From: Balanoglossus misakiensis | Lineage: Eukaryota; Animalia; Hemichordata | Length of the DNA: 64,000 nt | Direction of reading: 5' to 3' | NCBI GenBank assembly: GCA_040954595.2 | Contig: CM082584.2 | Location: 3,538,110 to 3,602,109 of the forward strand | Shown here: positions 1-12,814 of the stretch, piece by piece | How positions within the stretch are numbered: position 1 is the first letter of the stretch | Layout: every line of letters starts with the position of its first letter | Notes under the pieces: generated by a model | What the model saw: the letters and a program-made list of their open reading frames with translations, nothing else | Told to the model about the DNA's origin: nothing | Databases searched by the model: none | Translations under genes and position numbers: made by a program

Positions 1-490
1 ATAAGAAGATTAAGTGGTCATGTTCTAACTCATCTGTTCCCCAACATTCTTGCGGTGATGAAGGTGATCACCACAACAATTATTTGGAAATGTTGACACT
101 ATTTTTTTCTTACTGTAGGCACATAGAAAACAAAAATAGTATTTTTCCTGCACTTTTCGGCTTGAAGTTTGCATATTTTCACTGTTGTTATTTAATTAAA
201 TATCTTTACATGATTATGCAAGCGTTCTAATATTTACAATTTCAGAATTAAATCAGATTTATCTTTCAAATAATTTGTTTTATTTTCGAAATGTTGCATG
301 TCCAAGGAGGATACAATTTACAAAAATAATATTTGAATTAACCCAGTTCACGAAATATAATCCTATACCATTTGTACATTATTTTCTTTCTCTCTACTTT
401 TGATTTGCTAACTATTCCTCTGATGTGTTATTGACAGTTTCTTTGCAATTCTAAAAGAGTCAATTGCACTCAGGCTGTTAAATCACTTAC

Positions 491-3477
491 CCATAATCTC
501 TAGATAAGTTTCCTTGTTTTGAGGAGTCACGTCTATTTGAGTGCACTGCCAAGTACCTTCGTGTTTGTCTACATCAATACTGTGAATCTGCAAGTTATAA
601 TATCCGTCTTTCTCGTATAGCTGACAACAGTCATTGAATACTGAACTCCCTTCGGCAATATTATAAAATGCACCATCTATGGTAATGTAGTTCCATTGTG
701 GAGGCGCTAACCCTGCACTGTTGAGCTTGCACTCCAACATGACGTTATCACCTTGTACGACTTGTCTATGACCAGATTGCACATACACATTTATCTGTCC
801 TGCAAAATTAAACAAAAAACATGCCAGATGAATACGGCGCAGAAATTCTTATATGCCGAATAGAAGGTAACAATACGCATATATCATATTTGCCTTGTTT
901 AAGCAAGCACTGACTAAATGAATGAATGAATGAATGAATGGGTTCCATTTTCACAAATTTCGTGTTCTTCAAGATATTCTTTACAATCAATCACGTGATC
1001 TGGCAATGTGTCCCATGGCGCAGTCATTTCCAGATGACGGGCAAGCAATATTTCGGTATCCAGTAAAAGTTTTTCCGAGTATGTTTTTACTTTAGAACCG
1101 CTAAACACATAACATGCATCGGGTATGTTGCCTCATCAGCCTCATTGCATTTCGTCTGCACAGTCTTTGTCTGCACCACGTAAGTCCACGTTGCTGAAGT
1201 TGCCCGTCATCTGGAAATTTGAATGCGAACGTAACTGCCACCTGAACGCGTCTGACGTCATTTGATAGCGAAGAATTAGAGAGGTTCGGCTACACGTTAT
1301 ACGTGAACGTGAACGCGCAACGTCACGAATTTCTGTTATGACGTCATCAAGTTTTGTGTAAAGTTTGACGTTCACGTAAAAGACTTCGCGTTTTTTACGT
1401 GGAGATAGGTGTTTTCACGTTAGTTGCAAACGTGAAAAGTTATTCTCATTTTGGGCAACAACAAATCATATTATCTACGAAATATGTGTATGCCTTGTTG
1501 TTAGCTTGATATCTCATTGTGACAAACGAAAACGCATTTATTTCTTATTAGTCATTTTATGTGACATTTTGTCATCAATTTGTATTGTCGCCCGACGGTT
1601 TAATCCGTAGTGCAGGCAACTCGGTAGGCAACTCGACGCGCAACCCGAGTTGCTCGGTGAGTTGCCTCGTGTGTATGATGTAGTCGCGTCGCTGGAACGC
1701 GTCTGGCGACGTCGCCTCGAGATCCGTCATGTCGGATTTTCGGGCGACGAGTTGCCTGACGCGCAAGCGGTTGCCCCGCGTTACCACTTTGCCTCGAATA
1801 AATTTTTGACATCTGCACATGCGAAAATGGTTTTTATTTGTTATTTTCTGAACCAGGAACTACATACTGTAGACCTGTAGACTTCCGAAAATATTGGTAA
1901 ATAAGTATTTGCTATGAAATCGGATATTTGTATGTATTTATAGTTTAATATTTGCATATAAACTCAAGTTTTGTTAAAGAAACTTTCAACTAGTTTATCT
2001 TGCCAATGATAATATGAAAATAAACTACTATTCAGTTCCGTGAAAATGGTTGTGATGATTGACTCGACATTGATTGCGTTTCCGATTTTTGGGGTACCGT
2101 AACCAGATATCGTGACCGAATTTCAGAATAAGAAAACGCCAGCTTATGATTATCGCCCACAGTTCAAGAGTTCTTACACAGTCAGTGTACATCATATCTT
2201 TTGGGCAAAACACGTGTCTATTTCGCCCGGTCATATCAACTTATAAATACAAATATAGTTCTATTTGTATTATTTTACATACAAACAAATCTATCAATCA
2301 ATATATTTCTTCTTTACAAAATATAGGCCTACTTCGTTCTTCTACAATGAAATGTCCCACTTGCCTTGTTATTACTTTCACTGCATTTCGAAACATGGAT
2401 TTTGTTTATTATAACGTTTTTACAGATTGGCACGACTTTTGGCTCAGCATTTTTCACACATTTGTATGATGTGCAGTTTGATAAATCAGTAATCTTACTA
2501 GTAATGTTAAATTGTGCAACTTTCTTCAATTTCCCCATAATCTACTCCCCTGTTTTACAAGGATTTAAACTCTCCGGTTGATGTCTTGTAAAAATTATAC
2601 CTGGTTTCATGTACATTTTAAATAAACTAAGTCAATGTTTTTGTAATTAAACTTAAGTTACTCTTTTGTAATTAAAAAATATTTAGTAACGTTTAAATGC
2701 TGTCCAATTTGGTATCACGATTAAAAATTCCGTATTCATCAATTAAACTAAACACCCAAACTAGTATTTTTTCTTTACTGATATAGGCTTGCATATCACC
2801 TGCTAACTGAGAATAAAACGTGTATTTATTGATGAGGATACTATTGAAGTGCAAAACTAGTTAGTTTATTATGTCAATAGCAATACATAGTGGAGAAAGT
2901 ATACGTATTGTTTGCAATTGAAATTCGCAAACTGTTTTTTTCCAGGAAAATATACTTGGTCAGATGACCAGGTTGATCAGCTAATTGACAAGTATAATAT
3001 ATGCATGCTGTTACCAGAATAATCACCAAATATTTATGCATTGATCGGATAAAGATCGAATTGTTGATCGGCTTCTGAGGCGGCTGCACATGCGCAGCCC
3101 CTGTTTACGCACAACTCGTTGCCAGTCGAGTCGCCCCGTGTAACTGTTCGATGTAGCGACGCGACTCGGGTTGCGCGTCGAGTTGCCTACCGAGTTGCCT
3201 GCCGAGTTGCCTCGTGTAACTCGGCCTTAACGATGTACACGCTCAAATTCGAATACAGAGTGCGCGTGCCACACAAACAGACGTTGGCGTGAAGCCAAAC
3301 TCTTTTCCACGTGAACGTCGAACGCGAACGTGGGTTCTACGCGTCCACGTTCACGTAAAACGTGTAGCCGAACCTGTCTATTATTTGAATTAACTCGTCC
3401 ATAAGAATATAAAACTCACCTTGATAAGTAAACATATTAAACAATATAAACAGGACCATGGAAACCTTTAGTCGCAT
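491..3477 (-). CDS. IgSF receptor family A, cassette 1: leader exon (3420-3477) + N-terminal V-type Ig exon (491-799); partial, remainder presumably beyond left window edge
   Basis: The 58-nt leader exon MRLKVSMVLFILFNMFTYQ(G) ends in a phase-1 GTGAG donor. The 309-nt phase 1-1 exon has Ig hallmarks (MLEC...PQW...YNLQI...EGTWQC) bounded by AG and GTAAG. Confidence 0.8.
917..939. repeat. (TGAA)n microsatellite
   Basis: aatgaatgaatgaatgaatgaatg; a degenerate copy lies at ~7922-7946. Confidence 0.8.
1278..3379. mobile_element. Non-autonomous TIR DNA transposon (PIF/Harbinger-like) in intron 1 of cassette 1
   Basis: TIRs AGAGAGGTTCGGCTACACGTTATACGTGAACGTG / CACGTTCACGTAAAACGTGTAGCCGAACCTGTCT with flanking 3-bp ATT duplication. 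Absent from the paralogous intron of cassette 2. Confidence 0.75.
1611..3227. mobile_element. Nested Harbinger-type MITE with GC-rich repetitive TIRs (left tip eroded)
   Basis: GCAGGCAACTCGGTAGGCAACTCGACGCGCAACCCGAGT (~1612-1650) is the reverse complement of ~3164-3202. The right end is ...GTGTAACTCGGCC followed by TTA(A). The interior is AT-rich. Confidence 0.6.
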
Positions 3478-3995
3478 GTTAAAACCACTTCACCAATGCC
3501 GAAACTATCAATTTACCAGTTATTGTCCATTTACCATTTTGCCAGTGGTTATGCTGAAAGTGCTGAGGTAAACACCATGTTGAATTATTGAAGGACAAGT
3601 TTGTCGACAATGTACTTGGATTCCTACTGGGGCACTAATTGTGCATTTTCCTAGCTTAATTGTATCTGCACTGAGGCAGAATTTATTCAGAACTTATAAA
3701 GAAAGTTGGACGAAGGTATTCGTAGCTAAACGTTTCAACTTAACATCCAAACACTTATAAACTTCTGCCTGGGTGTCAAACTAGACAATTGAGTAATTTT
3801 GTATACACATAAAACAATTTCTTCGGCACATTACAACATACATTAATGTATTGGTTCAAACCCAGTTACACCATTTGGTGATTAGTAAACAAATAGTGCA
3901 TTTGGTGAAAAGGAAATACGAAAATTATGAGTAAGGTGACTTACTGAAAATCAAATTTGGCGCCTAGAAGCCCGGAGTGTGCGATGATTCGTTAG

Positions 3996-4020
3996 TTTGC
4001 ATTGCATTGTGGGAAATCCT
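3996..4020 (-). promoter_or_regulatory. ZNF143/Staf-like motif (TTCCCACAATGCAATGCA) overlapping a kappaB-like GGGAAATCCT; same motif at ~8935-8959
   Basis: Motif match by eye, conserved in both duplicated upstream regions. It could belong to adjacent transposon sequence instead. Confidence 0.3.
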
Positions 4021-4451
4021 GAATTTGAATTTTTTATTGAAAGCAGTGCGAAGTGCATATTTGCTCGGACAGGGCGAGTGTGGGCTTGTCAATTCAAATG
4101 CGGTGCTAGTTAGTCAGTTGATTAATTATTATTATTGACAGCAGTGTTTTTAGCATCAGAGTGTGGGTTTGTTCGTTACTCTACGAACCTGCATAGCGAC
4201 CTCTGTTGAGTACACTCAAAAATTAGCAAACAATACTACCATTGTATTCAGTTAAATTGAATTTTGAAATGCATCGATAGTGCTATGCCAAACTTCAAGT
4301 TTAACTACCCCTGAGTCAATATGTGACATTTCGACATATTAAAAAGACGATATGTCTGAAACTCAAAAACTCCAAACAAGTCAAACAGCTTCACGTATGC
4401 ACATTGTGTTACAATTATGTGTTCTAATATGTGTTCAATCACACATTTTGA

Positions 4452-4900
4452 ATGCATAATAAAATTGCAGAAATAGAGTATGAAATTGAGAAACTGAAAA
4501 GACAAACACTACGATTAGAGAATATAAAAAACAATCCCCCAAAAATGCAGTTTTGGACAAGATTTCCTAACTACGGTACATTCTATGCTTTATTCAGCTA
4601 TCTGGAACCAATAGCTAAGAATATAAAAATACTGGAGTGGTTCCAGGACCCATTTGTATGAACATTTCAGTACCAGATGCTCAAGTAAGCCTGGGTCTGA
4701 CCGGAAACTGACACTTGAGGAAGATTTTTTTTTTACTTTGGTACGTTTAAGTGTTGGGCTTTTGCTTCAGGACTTAGCAGAGCGATTTGATGTATCTGTC
4801 AGTACTGTGTCTATCATATTTAATACCTGGGTAAACTTAATGTGCATGCAACTTGAGTTTCTCTGCAAACTTCAACCAAGTATTGTCACTCAAGAAAATC
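4452..4900 (+). mobile_element. Degenerate Harbinger/ISL2EU-type transposase fragment (HTH_Tnp_4-like)
   Basis: Two overlapping frames, FWTRFPNYGTFYALFSYL and RKLTLEEDFFFTLVRLSVGLLLQDLAERFDVSVSTVSIIFNTW, typical of the helix-turn-helix upstream of DDE_Tnp_4. Frameshifted and truncated. Confidence 0.75.
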
Positions 4901-5462
4901 AGTCCCCTGTTGTAAATGATTTCTCAAATATACAAAATATAGAAAACATTTTCCAATTTCCGAAAAACCTCTTTTTTACATAATTACTGCTGAAAAAAGT
5001 TAGAAATTTATGAAAATATTCCCTATTCTTTGCCAATTTCTAATGAAAAAAATTACATAAAGGTATCCTTAGTCTCTTTCCTGCAGCTGTACAGCAGGAA
5101 AAATGCATTTTGTCATATTTTGGCTTTAAACTCAAATTAAAATTTATCTGTGAGTCTCCTTCAAAGCCACGTACATGACAGTCCTTTTTTAATTTTTTTC
5201 TAATGAAATTTTGTCTCCATGTTTATCATGAGTAATATTTCTATTGAAAATTTGCAAGTGTGTGAATTGTTTGTAAAATTTCGCCAGAAAAAACAATAGC
5301 ATCAAAAAGTAAATCTGAAACCCAATATTTATTACAAGAATTGTTAGATTAATATCCGTATCACACAAATCCGTTGGATTTCGTATGAATTTTAGGAAAT
5401 AAGCACTGCTCATTGACAAATCCATATTTTGCAGCTGAAATACTTGGAAAAGAGTCAGTGGC

Positions 5463-5660
5463 ATGTGAGAGCTTGGAAATTTCCAAGCACTGACAAGGGT
5501 CAGTGGTCGGAAATTTCCAGACACTCAGGGAATGTGAGAGCCTGGAAATTTCCAAGCACTGACAAGGGTCAGTGGTCGGAAATTTCCAGACAATCAGGGA
5601 ATGTGAGAGCTTAGAAATTTCCAAGCACTGACAAGGGTCAGTGGTCGGAAATTTCCAGAC
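5463..5660. repeat. 69-bp minisatellite, ~2.9 copies, two GGAAATTTCC palindromes per unit
   Basis: ATGTGAGAGC recurs at 5463, 5532 and 5601. Confidence 0.9.
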
Positions 5661-6779
5661 TGTCTCAGGATCACAGCTTTTCTGTAAAGAGTAAGAATTC
5701 GCTTACTTCGTGCTATTAAATGAAATAAAGTTTTCCGTAATATCTCTTGCAAAGTCAGATCTTTACACATTGAGATATTCGAATGGAAGTACATTCCAAG
5801 TGACTTGTTGGGAGCATTGGGCCACCTAATCCCAGAAAATTGCTATAAGACCTGTTTTTCCATTTAAAAGGCCAACTGTTTGTATATTTAGTTGGGTTTG
5901 TATAAGTAACACACATTTATGACAATATTTATGGCATGATGGACACTATTCTCGACAATTAAAATAATGTTGTGTCCTCCGGTGTAATTTTTTATGAGTT
6001 TGGAATCATAGACACCATTTATCTTTTGGTCAACTCTGTTAACAGTCGCCAAAATTGCTGGAGTGGAACTGATACATGATCTAAAGTATCAAGACATATG
6101 GTCGATTATTAACGTTTCAGCAATTCGACTAAGTTTCTTTAATTTCCTATGGCATTTTGACAAACATCAACGCCCCGAAAAAACGTTGTCAACGCTGCGG
6201 TCGCGATTGTGGTCGAAACAAATCCGACATTTTCGCATGGTTCGTTACCCGGGGTCCATTTAGATTGCATTGCGTTTGAGGCCCTATGTGTATGTCTGTT
6301 GACCAATAAACGCGACGACCATGGACTCAGTTTGGATCAACGTCTATTTCGGGCAGTGGACTCTCCTATCAAGTTGATAAGGAAATTTTACCAGTCACGA
6401 GTAAGCCAAGCCCACATCCGTGTGCAATTCGAATATATCGGTGATCTGTTTATATGATTATCATTAGCTAAGGTGGTAAACTGTTGTGATTCATATGTGT
6501 AATTTACGTACTGCAAGTTAAATATCGCAATTAGCCTAATGTTTGACCAAAGACAGTATGGTTTGACTTCTAGAGGAGCACCTATTAATCCGAGAACAAA
6601 GGGATTAAAAGTTGCGCCTTTAAATTGTGTTTTGATAACTTACTTACCCCTATAAGTAGTTAGTAACCATAATATCTTTGCAAATCATTCTTTCCACAGT
6701 TCAGTTCCTTGTATCAAATATAGTAATCTAAATTTATTTTGGTGTTTACAGTTGTTATTTGGTGGGTGAAATTATCTGT

Positions 6780-7475
6780 ATTGGTGGCCATTTTGAAAAA
6801 TTGGTTGCCATGGAAACTCATCAACAGATATTTAGTGGCTCGCTATCTGAATTTGTTTAGTACACATTAACACACATCTGAGCCAAGTTTGGTGCTTTTA
6901 TCACAAAATGCACAATCGCTATGAAAATTAGGGTTTGGCCGCTCCACTACAGGGCTTTAGACGGCCATATTGAATTGCTCTTATCTCAAAATGAACTTCA
7001 CACTTGAAGTATTGTTTTGAACAAGGTTTAAGTCCTTTATTAAAATAAAGAAAAGGTAATTATTTTCCAATGGTTGTGAGTTTTCAGTACATGTACTGTT
7101 ACACCTAGCTTTATTATTATTTGTTAGCCAAAAATCAACGAATTATTCATACAATATGCAAAGTTTTGCATAATTATTGTTTTATTGTTGCTATTTTGTG
7201 TTTATACACCAAAAAAGTTATTGATGTAAACATGTAGTTTATTTTCATTGTTTAAGGAGGTACGTGAACATTTCTTTGATGCTATTCATGTGAGAATTGC
7301 GATCCTTGGTGGCCATATTTGATTTGCCAAAACGAGGCTCTTATCTCAAAAACATCTTTTGGGAACAGGCATTTTCGAAATCAGCGTAGTCAAATTGACC
7401 AAAAAAACACATTTGGTTTGCTTGTACCAAAAAATGCCAGAGGGGGTCACAATTTCTCAAATCTCCACCTGACTA
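6780..7475. mobile_element. DNA transposon remnants with TAG-type termini (Academ-like ends at ~6949 and 7475)
   Basis: Ends ...GGCCGCTCCACTA and ...CTCCACCTGACTA with repeated GGCCATATT/TTG motifs. The 7475 end abuts the edge of the duplicated cassette. Confidence 0.4.
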
Positions 7476-7495
7476 TCAGGCTGTTAATCACTTAC

Positions 7496-8420
7496 CCACA
7501 ATCTCTAGATAAGTATCATTGTTTTGTGGACTCACGTCTATTTGAGTGCACTGCCAAGTACCTTCGTGTTTGTCTACATCAATACTATGAATCTGCAAGT
7601 TATAATATCCGTCTTTCTCGTCTAGCTGACAACAGTCATTGAATACTGAACTCCCTTCGGCAATATTATAAAATGCACCATCTATGGTAATGTAGTTCCA
7701 TTGTGGAGGCGCTGACCCTGCACTGTTGAGCTTGCACTCCAACATGACGCTATCACCTTGTACGACTTGTCTATGACCAGATTGCACATACACATTTTCT
7801 TGTCCTGCAAAATTAAACAACAAACATGACAGATGAATATGGTGCAGAAATTCTTATATGCCGAATAGAAGGTAACAATACGCATATATCATATTTGCCT
7901 TGTTCAAGCAACCACCGACTAAATGAATGAAGAAATGAATGAATGATTGTGCTCCATTTCCGTCAAATTTCATGTTCTTCAAGACATTATTGGAATTAAC
8001 TCGTTGTTGCGGTATTTTAGATGAACAAGGTTCCTTAAATGATGTCTGACACGGACGACCAACGTAAAGTGCAAAAGGCACGTTTATTGCTGTAATAGGC
8101 GGTGTAAACTACTGAACCATTAGAACCCAACTGATGAGAAAATTTCCAAAGTTGCAAAGGAACATGAGGCGGACGTAATAACAAGCACAAATTGCTACAT
8201 TGAAAGGGAGAACTCCAAGTGTGATTGGGCGTAGTAATGAAAGTGTCTGATTGGCCCAAAGTGATCTCTATCAGGATCCGCATAGTGATGCAAGGTTTTG
8301 GGCATACTATAAAGTGTTCTTATTTGTTCTCCGACACTCGTCCATAAGGATATAAAACTCACCTTGATAAGTAAACACATTTAACAATATAAACAGGACC
8401 ATGGAAACCTTTAGTTGCAT
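7496..8420 (-). CDS. IgSF family A, cassette 2: leader exon (8363-8420) + V-type Ig exon (7496-7804); no downstream exons of its own seen
   Basis: Paralogue of cassette 1 with 8 aa differences in V. ATG, frame and all splice sites are intact. Homology spans ~7476-9258 vs ~470-4320. Confidence 0.7.
8005..8336 (-). mobile_element. Solo LTR (332 bp)
   Basis: TGTTG...CGACA ends with a 5-bp CTCGT duplication (8000-8004, 8337-8341). The empty site AACTCGTCC is present in cassette 1. AATAAA occurs on the minus strand at ~8083-8088. Confidence 0.75.
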
Positions 8421-10844
8421 GTTAAAACCTCGCTCTTCACCAATGCCGGAACTATCCATTCACCAGTTATTGTCCCGTTACCATTTTGCCAGTGGTTATG
8501 CTGAAAGTGCTGAGGTAAACACCATGTTGAATTTGAAGGACAAGTTTGTCAACAATGTACTTGGATTCCTACTGGGGCACTAATTGTGCATTTTCCGAGC
8601 TAAATTGTATCTGTACTGAGGCAGAATTTATTCAGAACTTATAAAGACAGTTGGACAAGGTATTCGTAGCTAAATATTTCAACTTAACATTCAAACACTT
8701 ATATGAGTAAACTTCTGCCTGGGTTTCAAACCAGACAATTGAGTAATTTTGTATGCACATAAAACAATTTCTTCGGCACATTACAACATAAATAAATGTA
8801 TTGGTTCAAACCCAGTTACACCATTCGGTGAAGTAAACATATAGTGCATTTGGTGAAAAGGAAATATGAAAATTATGAGTAAGGTGACTTACTGAAATTC
8901 AAATTTGGCGCCGGAGTGTGCGTTTGTTCGCTAGTTTGCATTGCATTGTGGGAAATCCTGATTTTGAATTTTTCTTTATTGAAAGTAGGGCGAAGTGCAT
9001 ATTTGCTCGGACAGGGTGAGTGTGGGCTCGTCAATAAAAATGCGATGCAAGTTAGTTATTTCATTAATTATTATTGTTTTTAGCATCAGAGTATGGGTTT
9101 GTTCGTTACTCTACGAACCTGCATAGCGACGTTTGTTGAGTACACTCAAATATTAGCAAACAATACTACCTTTGAATTCAGTTCCCAACGGGGTCAATTG
9201 AATTTTGAAATGCATCGATAGTGCTATGCCAAACTTCAGGTTTAACTACCCCTGAATCAGTGCTCAGTGTATGTTCTGATCAAAGGTGCTGAATGTCACG
9301 CTCACGAGGCCCCTATCTTGTTTTTTTTTACCTTTGTGTATGTGTCATCTAAAAAGAGCCTGAACTGTTAATTCTGGGGTGAGGAGTAATTTGGGTAACC
9401 CTCATCACCTATTTAATAACTTACTACGTTGTTGTGATGCTGCCTATCTATACTTATTTATTTGGAGATTCGCTGTTTCACCGATACTGAATTCAATAAG
9501 CTGTAAATTGCTGGAAATGCTTCACATGAGTCGCAAGCTGGTCTAATGATAAAACACAATGTAACGATGACATTGCACCAAAACCTGAATCATAACATAG
9601 TTGATTTCAACATGTTACTGCAGCCGAAGAGGGCACCGAAAAATGAAACAAGTCAGTATGTGACGTCATTTGTTTCTTAAATGTTGTTCATAGTTACTGC
9701 GTTTGACCCCTCCATGCTGTCAGTTTGCTAGTTATAATGTCTACCGTGACTTGAGTTTAATAACAGCTATGTTTCAGTTTGATAAGCGTTTAAAACCTAA
9801 TGACGTGCTAAATTAATGTGTCAAGCGTAAAAACATACACCATTTTGTAATAAAATGAAATAAACGTATGTACCATATGAAGTGAGGCCTACATCATGGT
9901 AAATTGGAATGGTCGTCACGTATAGTGGTTGAGGGTGTGTCCTGTCAAATGCTCAAGATTTTCTCACATGATCTGATCAAATTTCGTGACCATGATAACC
10001 CGGCGTTTTTAGAGTTCGGTGTATCGAGAAAACTAGGCTATGCTGAGACACTCAAACACCACTGTCTGTGCCCCCAAAATAAAGATCATCTGCTCAGTGA
10101 TATAGTTTCCGGCATAGGAGACGATGTCAACGGAACAAATAATGCTGACTACACCATAAAAATGTTACGGCCATTTCCCTATACGACATCTTTATTATTT
10201 AACAAAAATACTAACACATTGAATAATGTATAAGTACACTGATTTCTACCTATACTTACCTTCATCTGTTAAAAATATCGATTCTGAAGCTTTCAAACAG
10301 CACATAGAAAATATATAAACCTAATGTGGGTTGGCGCCATTGTTTTATTATTATTATACTATGAATTATTTGCTTTGGTGGACGTCATCGTATGTATATA
10401 TATATATATAATAAAACACATTTTTCTTTTTTTTTCTTTATTAGAGGTAGAAAAAATAATTCAGTAGCTTGCTACGATATTCGTTCGAGCAGAATGATAT
10501 CGTGCTACCTGGGCCATTATGATGGGACGAGAGGTCATTCCGTTAATCCAGAAACGCTAAAGTACTCTATGTAGCACTGCTAACATTTACAAAATGACGC
10601 TGCTATGTCTCAAAATCGAGTCTGTAGCAAATTGTACCAAAATAGCATGTATATAGTCAAGGCTAACTAAAGGTTAACATGTATTGTCTGGAATCCTCTT
10701 ATTCCTGAAGCAACTGGCTACAGCACGGGGCCTGGATGGACGACCGAACAATGAAAGACGCATAGGACATGCAGTGGAGAGAGGTGTGTTCATAGCTTGT
10801 GCCATGTTGAATGTACTGATTCATTCAATTTTAATGTTCGGTAA

Positions 10845-12584
10845 TACTACCGTTTTCAAAATACCTTGGAAATTCTTTGTGTTCGAGTGTTACAATAAAC
10901 GTCTCCCATGATAAGAAAAATCGTCTAAGTTCATGAAACTGAATACCGCACTTTGTTTATTTTGCAACAAAGTTACCGTTTCAAACGTTCGTAATCCCAC
11001 TGTGAGATTGTCTGTAGTCTACTCTGAACCTTGTATGAGGATGTTTTGCACTGACAACCAAGGAATCTTCCTAATGATGAAGAGCAATATATCGAGTATT
11101 TAAAACGACAAACTCCTTTAGATTTCATACGAAGAAATTCAACAAAAATTGGCGGAATTTTCGCAAGCAGACGTGTCTATACCCACCATCTGTCGAACCG
11201 CCAGAAATCGTTTGTCCGACAAAACGTGGACTTGGAAAAAAATGGCGTGTTGCAAACGACTAGAGTTGTTTAGCGTGTCGAATGCTGCTCTACGAAGCTC
11301 GTAGTTACCTTCTGACCGGGACATTTACGCTTGAACGGACTGCGTTCCTTCCGATGGGTTCTTGCCGATTGCCGCACGCCGGCGGGTATGAGAGTGTAGG
11401 CTAAGACGTCGATCCACCGGCCGGCTGCACTGTTCCCAACATGACCAGCTCCACGCCACTTTGAGCTGCACCGCGGTCGGATATCCCACCCCGGCTGCCG
11501 GACAGCATGAAGGTGTCTGAGGCCTTTTCTAGTCAAAGTGTACACGTTTAAAACTTTGGGGTTTTCGGAATGGAAATAGTGGAACAAGAACATGGATTTA
11601 TACTAATCATGAACGCCAAACAAACGTTGAAAAAGCCAGATCTGAAAAAAACAATCCGCTGGGCGCGATGACGCGCCGACGTTATTTTTCAAACAATGTA
11701 ACCTGTCACGCTGAGTTCATATATTTTGCTGCCACAAACAAGTTCATGCGTAGGTCGAGAAAGTTCTCAAGCGGCCGGGTGATTGCTGCAAGGTTAGCGG
11801 CGGCCTCGCACGCCCGAATTTGCCACAAAACTATCAGTCCATACAGCGATGCGGTTCAAACTCTTCCGTTGTATTTCATTTCAACAACACAAATTCAGAA
11901 TACAACACGGCAGTTTGGTACGTCGTCTCTATATCCTACACCGCTAATTCTCATCTCAATTGTCTCTCTTCGCAATACGTCGATTCTCCAAAAGAAAGTT
12001 CAACAGACGGGATACACTGCAACCCGCGGAACTAGCAATTCATGTCTCTGCTTCAAAGGAATATACCGACCTGAAGTGGGGGAACGCAGTCCGTTCAAGC
12101 GTAAATGTCCCGGTCAGAAGGTAACTATGAGCTTCGTAGAGCAGCATTCGACACGCTAAACAACTCTCGTCGTTTGCAACACGCCATTTTTTTCCAAGTC
12201 CACGTTTTGTCGGACAAACGATTTCTGACGGTTCGACAGACGGTGGGTATAGACACGTCTGCTTGCGAAAATTCCGCCAATTTTTGTTGAATTTCTTCGT
12301 ATGAAATCTAAAGGAGTTTGTCGTTTTAAATACTCGATATATTGCTCTTCATCATTAGGAAGTTTCCTTGGTTGTCAGTGCAAAACATCCTCATACAAGG
12401 TTCAGAGTAGACTACAGACAATCTCACAGTGGGATTACGAACGTTTGAAACGGTAACTTTGTTGCAAAATAAACAAAGTGCGGTATTCAGTTTCATGAAC
12501 TTAGACGATTTTTCTTATCATGGGGGACGTTTATTGTAACACTCGAACACAAAGAATTTCCAAGGTATTTTGAAAACGGTAGTA
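10845..12584. mobile_element. Foldback-like non-autonomous DNA transposon with ~504-bp near-perfect TIRs
   Basis: 10845-11348 is the reverse complement of 12081-12584 (mirror ORFs 11139-11324 and 12105-12290). TA at both ends; no transposase seen. Confidence 0.85.
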
Positions 12585-12814
12585 AGTAACAAAGCAATAG
12601 ATCTGTTATTCATATGAGCGTACTTCCCAGAATTGTTGATAGTGTTTTACTTCAACAATTTGTTGACTGCAATACGTCTGATAATGAATTTAGAGATGGT
12701 AAAATTCTATTTTATGTAACACCGTTACTGGCTATTCTAATTGTTGGCTCTCTTGCATTTCCTGTATAGTGAAACTAATATCGCCCCTTTAGAAGTTGGA
12801 CAAGTTTGTCGATA

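Noticed and set aside
5361-5794. Repeat-protein ORFs or CRISPR-like array
   Set aside because: These are translations of a 69-bp minisatellite; there are no unique spacers and the context is eukaryotic.
470-7500. V(D)J-like rearranging V segments
   Set aside because: Each V exon already includes its G strand and ends in a normal GT donor. No CACAGTG/ACAAAAACC signal was seen next to the exons.
11139-12290. Pair of near-identical 61-aa ORFs on opposite strands
   Set aside because: A by-product of the foldback element's inverted arms; no domain features.
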